A stretch of DNA of 64,000 bases. It comes from Somniosus microcephalus. Taxonomy: Eukaryota. The DNA lies in contig CM126230.1 in NCBI GenBank assembly GCA_052327205.1, positions 21,638,001-21,702,000 of the forward strand, in the 5' to 3' direction. Positions 12,092 through 22,147 of the stretch are shown here, one piece after another (the stretch's first letter is position 1; every line of letters begins with the position of its first letter). The notes below the pieces were generated by a model. That model was not told the origin of the DNA, did no database searches, and was given only the letters and a program-made list of their open reading frames with translations. Position numbers and translations under genes: made by a program.

Positions 12092-12277
12092 GCACTATTT
12101 CGAAGAAGAGCAGGGGGGAGTTATCCTTGGTGTGTTGGCCAATATCTATCCCTTAATAAACATAACAAAATCAGATTATCTGGTCATTATCACATTGCTG
12201 TTTGTGGGAGCTTGCTGTGTGCAAATCGGCTACTGCATTTCCTACATTACAACAGTGACTACACTTCAAAAGTACTT

Positions 12278-12380
12278 TTTCCAGTTCTAACGAAGGGTCA
12301 TTGACCTGAAACGTTAACTCTGTTTCTCTCTCTACAGGTGCTGCCTGACCTGCTGAGTATTTCCTGCATTTTCTGTTTTT
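12278..12380 (+). mobile_element. Penelope-type terminal repeat with a degenerate hammerhead core
   Basis: agtt-CTAACGA-agggtcattgacct-GAAAC-GTT-aact; 15-bp TSD acttcaaaagtactt (12263-12277, 12381-12395). Confidence 0.75.
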
Positions 12381-13341
12381 ACTTCAAAAGTACTTCATTG
12401 GCTGTAAAGTGCTTTGGGATGCCTGGTGGTCGTGAAAGGCGCTATATAAATTGAAGTCTTTCGAATGTTTCACAAGAACCTGGTAGGGAGAGGTTGGCCT
12501 TATTTGACATCTGGTTCTTAAACTTTTTATCAATGTAAAAAATGTACGTTCTCACAAAAGTGGCCCCACAAACTGTAGCGCATAAGTGCGCCACACACAT
12601 CTGGCCACATTACTAGGCCATGTCGGATATTATTTTACCTTCACAGGAGCAAGCGCCAAAAGAGGGATAAAATGAAATGATTGAAAAATTCCAAAGTTGC
12701 TTTGGTTTTGCAATACTCGGATGGCATATCTAGAATAAATGGCCGGTGACCATGGAAAATATTCCGCCATGAACCTAACTACCACATAATGCACTCTTGC
12801 CTTCATAGTTTGTGGGTTCTGTGGTCCAGCATAACGGAATAAATGATGTTTTTCATAGTTGCCCACCAACCAGCCTCTGTTTTGGTTACCATTTGTCAAA
12901 GTTCACACGTCGAAAAGCAAACGTTAACAAAATTATCAGAGTATTCAAAAATATTTCTGCTTCAAAATGTTTTTTTTCATAAATCAGGCTGTATCATGTT
13001 AATGTCGGGTTTATTTAAGGTTGAGCTCCAGTTCTATGGTTGAATTCACATCCTTGTCACCTAAGATGCTCGAGCGTTTCAACAAAAATAAGAACCGCAA
13101 GATAACACCGCGGACATTTTATTCTTAAAAAATAGGTCATCAAATCTGCCAGTCTTCTCTTTAAGTTGAGCAATCGAGAGGAAAAGCCAAATACAAGACA
13201 CAACCAAGATTGCAAAGAATCAGAACTTCAGCACAATGAGGATTAAGAGAGGAGGAAAAATGTATATTTGAAATTTAGGAGGAATGAGAGAGGAAATTCC
13301 AGAGAAGCAGTGACAGTGATAGTATCGATAAAATGGAGGAC

Positions 13342-14005
13342 TGTGGCGGTACCACCGGATGTCCCTTACTTATAATACATAAAATTCCCTTTAACTTAAC
13401 TATGTATATATATATAGCTTACCTGTTCAGGCCGTTGCCCCTTTAAGAACGCGACCTAACGCACTGACGTCACGGCGCGCGTGACGTGACGCACCCAGAT
13501 GCGAGCCGGCCCAGCTCGGCCTTCCTCTCCCGCGACGGCCGCCGGCACAGCTCGGCCTCCCGCTCCCGCGATGGCCGCCGGCCCGGTTCGGCCTCCCGCT
13601 CTCACGACTTCGGCCGCAACGGCCAGCCTCAGTGCCGGGTAAACGCGCCGACGTAATGATGCAGGTCACATGGCCGCCCAAGCGCGGGCAAACGCGCTGA
13701 TGTCACGACGCGGTCACGTGACCACACAAGCACGGGAAAACGCGGCCGAGCATGATGACGTCATCACGCAATCCACGGGACTGCGGACTCAGTCCTCGTG
13801 GCATCCCCGCTGGGGAAAGACCTACTCCAAGGCTCTCCTGCATCCATTTCTCTTACCTGCTGTATTTCATCTGTTTCCTGTACCTACCTGTTGGAATTCG
13901 GTTATTCTTGAATTAAAGAACTTCTTGATTGTTCTCCTGAAGTCAAACTCGATTATTTAGTAGGAATTCGTCCAATACCTACTTAGGTGAACCCGAATAC
14001 CTACA
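13342..14005 (+). mobile_element. Probable solo LTR (664 bp), CpG-rich
   Basis: TGTGG...CTACA ends; flanks ggac/ggat (4-bp TSD with 1 mismatch); internal ~37-bp GC tandem repeats, TGACGTCA motifs and AATTAAA. Confidence 0.55.
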
Positions 14006-14129
14006 GGATGATAACAAAGGCTGTGGCAGAAAGAGGCAAGAGAATGACTGGTTATCAGAGAACTAGGTGTTTCCTGTTGCCCTTTAATTTGACTTTGGAA
14101 TGTCAATCCAAATTATCAACAATGATTGT

Positions 14130-15677
14130 GAAGAAAGAACTTACATTTATATAGCGCCTTTCATGATATCCCAAAGCAGATGCAACCAATGAAGTACCTT
14201 TGAAGTGCAGTCAATGTTGTAATGTAGGAAAGGCGACAGCCAATTTGCACACAGCAAGGTCCCACAAACAGCAATGAGATACACGATATAGATACAGATA
14301 ATCTGTTTTATTGATGTTGGATTGAGGGGCACCAGGGATAGAACTCCCGTGCTCTTCTTCGAAATAGTGCCATGGGATCTTTTACATCCACCTGAGAGAG
14401 CAGATGGGGCCTCGGCTTAACATCTACCCTGAGGAGGGGACCGAGTGTAACACGTCAAAGTTTGCAGATGATACTAAGATGGGAGGGAAAGTAGTGAGTG
14501 AGGAGGACATAAAAAACCTGCAAGGGGACATAGACAGGCTAAGTAAGTGGGCAGAGATTTGGCAGATGGAATACAATACTGGAAAGTGTGAGGTTATGCA
14601 CTTTGGCAGGAAAAATCGTAGAGCAAGTTATTATCTTAATGGCAAGAAACTTGAAAGTACTGAAGTACAAAGGGATCTGGGGGTCCTGGTGCACGAAACT
14701 CAAAAGGTTAGTATGCAGGTGCAGCAAGTGATTAAGAAGGCCAATGGAATGTTGGCTTTCATTGCTAGGGGGATAGAATATAAAAATAGGGAGGTATTGC
14801 TTCAGTTGTACAAGGTATTGGTGAGACCGCACCTGGAATACTGCATACAGTTTTGGTGTCCATACTTAAGAAAGGACATACTTGCTCTCGAGTCAGTACA
14901 AAGAAGGTTCACTCGATTAATCCCGGGGATGAGGGGATGGACATATGAGGAGAGGTTGAGTAGATTGGGACTCTACTCATTGGAGTTCAGAAGAATGAGA
15001 GGCGATCTTATTGAAACATATAAGATTATGAAGGGGTTGGATCGGGTGGATGCAGGGAGGATGTTCCAGATGATGGGTGAAACTAGAACTAGGGGGCATA
15101 GTCTTAGAATAAGGGGCTGCTCTTTCAAAACTGAGATGAGGAGGAACTACTTCACTCAGAGGGTGGTAGGTCCATGGAATATGCTGCCCCAAAAAGCTGT
15201 CGAAGCTACATCATTACATAAATTTAAAACAGAAATAGACAGTTTCCTAGTAGAAAAGGGAATTAAGGGTTACGGGGAGCGGGCAGGAATTTGGACATGA
15301 GTCTAGGTTCGGATCGGACATGGCCCTGTGGGTAGTGGAGTGGGCCCAGGGGCCGTGTAGCCTGATCCTGCTCCTGTTTTCGTGTGTCTAATGCTGTTAG
15401 ATTCAGGAGATAGTCCTGTCATAGTGGATTGGCGGTTAGGATCAGATCAGCCATGATCTTATTGAATGGCGGAGCAGGCTCGAGGGGCCAATTGGCCGAC
15501 TCCTGCTCCTATTTCTTATGTTCTTATGTTCTTATGAAAGACAGCACAGCACTCCCTCAGTACTGCACTAGAATGTTAGCCTGGAGTATGTGCTCAAGTC
15601 TCTGAGGTGGGGTTTGAGCCCACAACCTTCTGATATCTAGAGGTGAGGGTGCTACCAACTGAACCACAGCTGACACC
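14130..15677 (-). mobile_element. DeuSINE-like SINE split by a CR1 insertion (parts 14130-14423 and 15537-15677)
   Basis: Reverse-complement homology to 11650-12460 on both sides of the CR1. Confidence 0.75.
14424..15536 (+). mobile_element. CR1 LINE, 5'-truncated; RT C-terminal ORF open to 15300
   Basis: SKFADDTK, RDLGV, LYKVLVRPHLEYC, RRMRGDLIETYK motifs; (ttcttatg)n tail. Confidence 0.92.
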
Positions 15678-16132
15678 TTTCTTTGTTGAATTCAAAGAAA
15701 TGGCTGTTCTCAGTAATGCTACTGAACCAACTGGTCCTGGAGTTCCAAATTCTCAGGCCTTTGATGTGCCGTCTATTGTTGGATTTCTCCTTTCATTAGG
15801 TGTGATGGTATCAGCTGTTTTTGAGACTGTGAAGTCAAGGACAGGCAGATTTTCAATAAGGTAGGGTCTTCCATGGTTCTTGAAGTTTGCAATCAGATAG
15901 GACAACAATAGTACAGTATCACATTGTCACTTGAGTGATATCTGATATGAAAAGGGAAGTATTCACTAAAAAAAATGATCATATTCTCAATAATTGAAAA
16001 CCTGGGATTGGGCTTTCTGCCTGAGTCAATTAAAATTATGATGGCCATCCGCAGGTACAGGCACTGCTTCATACTTGACTCTTTTTCCAAGCAACAATGA
16101 ATCTGACTCTATCACCTTGAGGAAATATTATT

Positions 16133-16869
16133 GGCCCAGAAATTCAGGTCTCCACGGGTGAGTACGCACGGGGTACTCACCCGTAAGCCCAATGGAAGTG
16201 CCGGTTTCCTGCATGCACTGCGCATGCGCGGGAAACCGGCACTTCCGTTCCCCTGAACGAAGGGGTTCAGAGTTCGAACGCGTGCGCAGGAGAGGCTGCG
16301 AGTGTGCATCGAACTTCGTTTTTTTTTTACAGGTTTTCCCGGGAGGGTAAGTCTGCAGAATTTATACATATAAAAAGCAGGCGTAAGGCCTGCTTTTTAC
16401 AAGGTAAGTGATGAATTAATTAAAATTAAAACATTTTTTCCACAGGTTTATTATTTTTAAATACTTTAAAGCAAGGTAAGTTTATTTTTAGCCCTGTTAG
16501 AAAATAAAATTATTTTTTTCAAAAATTTAAATTACTGTTTAAAATAGTTATTTCATGTAATCTATAGTTTATTTAAAAAATGTGATTTTTAAAAAATTTA
16601 TTTGAAGATTTAGTGATGTTTTGGGGCCTGTAGTATTTCTAAGTTTTGACAGCTCTTCCTGTCAAACTTATGAATGGAGCATTCCCTGCTCCGATTGGCT
16701 CCCTATGGCCCACGTGATCCCAGGGGACGCATCGAACTCTGGGATACGCAAGCGCTGTGCGCTGGCAGCTGGAGCAGGCCCAGGATCGCAATTCCACGGG
16801 GGCCCACAGCTCAACGGCCGGCGCGCAAGGTTGCACCCGCGGGAAGTCCCCGACCCGAATTTCTGGGGC
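16133..16869. mobile_element. Harbinger-type MITE with internal palindromes
   Basis: TIRs ggcccagaaattcagg / cccgaatttctggggc; AT-rich core; several internal hairpins; TSD not matching. Confidence 0.6.
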
Positions 16870-17220
16870 TGTCCTGCTGACTTTGGTTATTTTGCATTTA
16901 GAACTTCCCTGACCAAGTGAGAATTGGTCATTTTAAGGGCCTTTTCCATTCAAAGAAAGGCTGTGAGTGAAGGCGAAGATAAGGGTTTAAATCGCCACTT
17001 CGTACCTTTGCCAAAGTTTTAGCAACAGAATATTGGGAAGGTGGGATATTAGGCATCCCAACATAAGAATATAAGAACATAAGAAATAGGAGCAGGATCG
17101 GCCATTTGGCCCTTCAAGTCTGCTCTGCCATTCAATAAGATCATGGCTGATCTTCTTTCTCATCTCCACTTTCCTGCACTATCCCCATATCCCTTGATTC
17201 CCTTAATATTCAAAAACTCT

Positions 17221-18411
17221 GGGGTAGATTTTGGCGATCCTGTCGGGAAGAAGGCGAGACTTCAACTTTCGGGTTTTTGACCCGCCTACTTTGACATCCG
17301 GCTAATCCGCGCGATTTTCCCTTGATTGACCTTGTTAAGCCCGCCCAGCGGGCTCAGCAGGCCAATTATGGGCCACCCGGCAACAGGTGACGTCACAGAC
17401 TGCAATTTCATCTGTCAAGAGTGCTTGACAGATGAAATATCAGTGTTTCACAGCTGTTTGAAGCTGTGAAACACTGACAGTTTGAGTTCTAAGCTGAGTC
17501 CTTCTACGCAGACTCAGTTAGAACTGTCACCGGCACTCAAAGCTGAAGGCTGTCACTTTTCACAGATCACAGCCGTTCAGCTTTAAGTTCCGGGTGAGTG
17601 ATGCGCTCCCGACGGCTACAGGAAGAAAGGCTGTGAAGGTAAGTACAGGTAAGTAAAAGTTCTTTACACACTTTAGACACACCAAACACACTTACCTTTG
17701 CACTGCACTGCAGTGGTTAGCACTGTTGCCTCACAGCGCCAGAGACCCGGGTTCGAATCCGGCCTCGGGCGACTGTCTGTGTGGAGTTTGCACATTCTCC
17801 CCGTGTTTGCGTGGGTTTTCTCCGGGTGCTCCGGTTTCCTCCCACAGTCCAAAGATGTGCGGGTTAGGTTGATTGGCTATGATAAATTGACCCTTAGCGT
17901 TAGGGGGATTAAATACGTGGGGTTACAGGGATAGGGTGGGATATGTGTTGGTGTAGGGGTTACGGGGATCGGGTGGGATATGTGTCGGTGCAGGCTCGAT
18001 GGGCCGAAATGGCCTCTATCTGCACTGTGGGGTTTCTGTGATTTCTGTGATTTCATGCACCCATCACTAACCTGAGCGCCGACATCGCGACCCCTCCAAC
18101 TCCTTCAACACAACGGCCCGCCGCTCCAACCTGCCGTGGTTTGGAGCCGTCGGGAAACCCAAACGAAACCCCTTAAAATAGGGATTAGGCTAAAAACTGC
18201 CTGTTAACTACCTGTTAACAGGCAGTTAATTGGCACTAATCCCTTCCCGCCTCGGGTCGGCAGGTCCCAGTGTGGGGCGGGTACCCGCTGCCCCTGAAAC
18301 TTACGTGGGGCGGGGTTTGGGCGGGATAGTGGCGGGACCCCCAAAATCGGGATTTCCCCCCCCCCCCACATGCCTGAAACCCCGCCTGACGGCTCCCCAA
18401 AAATTTAGCCC
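17221..18411 (+). mobile_element. Harbinger-type MITE, hairpin-cassette family A (contains an HE1-like SINE)
   Basis: TIRs ggggtagattttgg / ccaaaaatttagccc; TCT TSD (17218-17220, 18412-18414); homologous to 62335-63171. Confidence 0.85.
17706..18053 (+). mobile_element. HE1-like V-SINE
   Basis: tRNA head (agtggttagcac..gggttcgaatcc), V-domain 'gtgtggagtttgcacattctccccgtg..ccggtttcctcccacagtccaaagatgtg', CR1-like tail. Confidence 0.88.
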
Positions 18412-19164
18412 TCTGTCTTGAATATACTCAACTACTGAGCCTCCACAGCCCTCTGGGATAGAGAATTCCAAAGATTCACCATCCTCTGAGTGAAGAAATT
18501 TCTCCTCATCTCAGTCCTAAATGGCCGATCCCTTATTCTGAGACTGTGACCTCTGGTTCTAGACTCCCCAGCCAGGGGAAACATCCTCCCTGCACCTAAC
18601 CTGTCAAGCCCTGTAAGAATTTTGTATGTTTCAATGAGATCACCTCTCATTCTTCTAAACTCTAGAGAATTTAGGCCTAGTCTACTCAATCTCTCCTCAT
18701 AGGACAATCCCCCCATCCCAGGAACCAATCTGGTGAACCATTGTTGCACTCCCTCTATGGCAAGTATATCCTTCCTTAGGTAAGACCACCAAAACAGTAC
18801 ACAATACTCCAGGTGTGGTCTCACCAGGGCCCTATGAGAAAGCCAATGTTTCATTTAGTTGTCATGTCAAGTGATGGGTTTTCTCCAGTCTTCAGGGCTG
18901 CAGTATTTGCTCTCTGAGTAACTATCATGGTAAAAGTTTGATATGGGTAGGACGTGAAACAACTGTGACCAGTAGGACTCATTTCTTCAGGACTCTGAAG
19001 TTTCTATCAGCTTTTGCCATCTGCTTGCTCCAATGTAGCAGAGATGTTCTGCTTATCAAGCTAGCCGCTGGATGTTTGAATTCTTTCCCTTGCCCTCTCT
19101 TCTTTTAAGACCTTCCTTTAAATCTACCTCTTTGGTCAAGTACCTGGTCACTGTCCTTTGGCTT

Positions 19165-19730
19165 TACTCTCCAAAGCCTTTCCACCATTTACAAGGCACA
19201 AGTAAGGAGTGTGATGGAATACTCTCCACTTGCCTGGATGAGTGCAGCTCAAAACAACACTCAAGAAGCTCAACACCATCCAGGGCAAAGCAACCCGCTT
19301 GATTGGCACCCCATCCACCACCTTAAACATTCACTCCCTCCACCAGCGGCGCACCGTGGCTGCAGTGTGTACCATCTACAAGATGCACTGCAGCAACTCG
19401 CCAAGGTTTCTTCGGCAGCACCTCCCAAACCCGTGACCTCTACCACCTAGAAGGACAAGGGCAGCAGACGCATGGGAACACCACCACCTCCAAGTTCCCC
19501 TCCAAGTCACACACCATCCTGACTTAGAAATATATCGCTGATCCTTCATCGTCGCTGGGTCAAAATCCTGGAACTCCCTCCCTAACAGCACTATAGGAGT
19601 ACATTCACCACATGGACTGCAGCGGTTCAAGAAGGCAGCTCACCACCACCTTCTCGAGGGCAATTAGGGATGGGCAATAAATGCTGGCCTTGCCAGCGAT
19701 GCCCTGATCCCATAAACGAATAAAAAAGAC
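19165..19730 (+). mobile_element. Non-LTR retrotransposon 3' end (same family as 133-631)
   Basis: Direct homology to the reverse complement of 133-631; A-rich tail. Confidence 0.75.
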
Positions 19731-20018
19731 GCTATATAAATACAAGTTGTTGTTGTTGGCTTGGCATTTGTCTTCCTCATGCTTCTGTGAAGCGCCTTGG
19801 GCTGTATGAATGCAAGTGCTGTGCCTATTGAAGAGAATTCGGCGCCCCTTGTGGAGGAGAGATGTCTGGATAACATCACAAACTTTCTTGACGGTGTTAT
19901 TGACTTAACCTGTGCAGCCCCGAGTACATACCTCTTGTCACACCTCTGCACAGCTATCCCTGTCTGTTCACAGTGCCTCAGTCACTGATTATTGCTCCTG
20001 GTGCCAGTGGGAACCAGA

Positions 20019-20817
20019 GGGCTGGATTTTGCCAATGGGGAGCTTTTGGAGGCGAAACTCCCCACTTGTCGGGTTTCAGCCCCGCCTCCATCAACTTCTG
20101 GCCAACCCACGCTATTTTCCCTTGATTGACCTTGTTAAACTCGCCCAGCAGGCTTAGCAGGCCAATTAAGGGCAGCCGGTTATAGAGAACGTCAATGTAT
20201 GACGTTTCATCTGTCAAAAATTTTTGATCGATGAACTGTCTTTGTTTGACAGCTCTGTGAAGCTGTCAAACACTGACATTCTCTGTTGTTTGATGTGCCC
20301 TTGTGTTCGAGACCTCATCAAACATCTTTTGCGAGCAGAAAGCAGATGGCTGTAGCATCGGAGAATGCAGCAGCCATTCTGTCGTCTCTGCCGGTGAGAT
20401 GCCGGAGCCTCCGGTTCCCCAACTGTTGAAGCCTGCAGGAAGAAACAAAGGTAAGTAAACATTTTCTATCACCTCACACACTTACCTCTCCACACTTGCA
20501 CCCATCACTTACCTCCACAGCGGACTTTTGGACCCCTCCGACCCCCGCAGACCCACTGCTCGCCTCGCTGACCCTGGCGAGATTCGCAGCCGTCGGGAAG
20601 CCCGCACTTGCAGGGGTAAAATGGGGATAATCCTCTTAATTGCCTGTTAACTACTTGTTAGCAGGCAGTTAAGTGGCTGTAATCCCCTTCCCAGCGTGGG
20701 TCGGCTACCCGCCTCCTGGGAAGATGGCACGGGGTGGGCACCCGCCCACAGATTCTGCTATTTTCCCGGCAGTCCCGCCTCCAAACCCGCCTCCCCAGGG
20801 CTGGCAGAATTCCCCCC
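20019..20817 (+). mobile_element. Harbinger-type MITE, hairpin-cassette family B
   Basis: TIRs gggctggattttgcca / tggcagaattcccccc; AGA TSD (20016-20018, 20818-20820); homologous to 47238-48068 and more distantly to family A. Confidence 0.85.
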
Positions 20818-22147
20818 AGAGTGTTTCCAATATTATCACTACTGCTACAACAACAACAACTTGCATTTACGTAGTGGTTAATTCTGCTTGAGAAATCTCA
20901 TCTCCTGGTCATGTGTTTAATGTCAATTTTTAAATATTCTTAAACAAAGAACCTGTAGTTCACTTACTCCAGTTCAGTTCTTCTCTGTGCTATTTTTAGA
21001 TAACAGGTTTGCATCAAGTTCTGTGTGCTGTGTTTCAAAGAAAAAAGAAAAGACTTGCATTTCTATAGCGCCTTTCACGAGCACCGGACGTCCCAAAGCG
21101 CATCACAGCCAATTAAGTACTTTTGAAATGTAGTCACTGCTGTAATGCAAGAAGTTGTTAATCCCTTCATTTTAAACGGGTTAATGACTATTTTAAAATA
21201 GCACAGGTAAGGATTTGATGGAAACACGTTAACCAGTGTGCTAAATATAGCACACAGAGGAATCTCTATCCGTGTGTCTTTTAATCAGAGAATTTGAGAC
21301 AAGCAAATAAACCTGAGAATTTTCAATCAAAGAGGTCACAACTTACAGCTAAATTATTCAGACTATTATAATCTGACTATTTGACTTAAAAGCTCAAGAC
21401 TTGAATGTGGTTAAGTGGTTTAATTTCTTTTGGTAGCACAATGGAATTTTACACAAACATGTTAACCAATGTGCTACATTAAATTAAATATCTAGCGGAT
21501 TGAAATTGCTCTCTGCAATATTAGCAACAAACACATTGGCACGGATGTTGCGGTCAGCAGTGAACGATCGGTGCCAGCCGTTCATTACACTTCCACTTGC
21601 CCACAGACTTTCAGTGGGCTTCTACACGGGAACTTGCTGTGATTCGAAATCCAGAACAGCACGGCGCCCTCTACAGGGGACCTGGGACCTGTGTGAACAG
21701 GGCAAGCAACTGTGTGTCTCCTCAACCAATCCGATTGATGAATCCTTCCTGAGGCACGCAGAATCGGAACCAGGAAGTGTAAGCTAGAACATTTAATTTA
21801 ATGCCAAATCATGTACAGAAAACAAAATAAAGAGAGGGAAAGAAAGATGGGATTAAGAGAGAGAGAGAGAAAAGAGACAGAAAGACAAAGTACAAACATT
21901 TCTTTTTAAAATCTCCAACAATAATTAAAATCTGATGGAATGAGACTCTACACTTATAAAAGGTTACTTTTCAATGCCAGAGAGGTTGTTTGGCAGTAAT
22001 TAAGATTTATCACTCTGTTAAAAATTCACTTACACTTGAATGGACAAGCCCTAACTTTTTCTGGCTTGTTTAGTGGGTATCTAAAATGTAAGTATTGCAA
22101 CTTCAGGCCCTTCATGTATTTGAATACCGAGTCTCTGGCAAGATACT

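Larger units (their letters stand above)
11650..12460 (+). mobile_element. tRNA-derived SINE (SacSINE1/DeuSINE-like), interrupted by a solo LTR and a Penelope-type insert
   Basis: A/B-box head (ctcagtgggtagcac..ggttcaagtcc), central 'gctgtttgtgggagcttgctgtgtgcaaat' domain, L2-like tail 'aaggcgctatataaa'. Confidence 0.8.
17062..18835 (-). mobile_element. CR1 3' fragment split by a MITE (parts 17062-17220 and 18412-18835)
   Basis: ORF 18432-18854 ALVRPHLEYC..RRMRGDLIETYK; (aacataag)n tail at 17062. Confidence 0.88.

Noticed and set aside
12600-13130. Unique-looking sequence with an 89-aa ORF (12630-12899 minus)
   Set aside because: No recognisable domain or convincing splice sites; it may be conserved non-coding DNA, which cannot be shown without alignment
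15690-15960. Coding-like unique segment
   Set aside because: All frames after the candidate minus-strand acceptor hit stops; no motif recognised
17706-17775. tRNA-like sequence with A/B boxes (also at other SINE heads)
   Set aside because: It continues into the SINE body and has no complete cloverleaf
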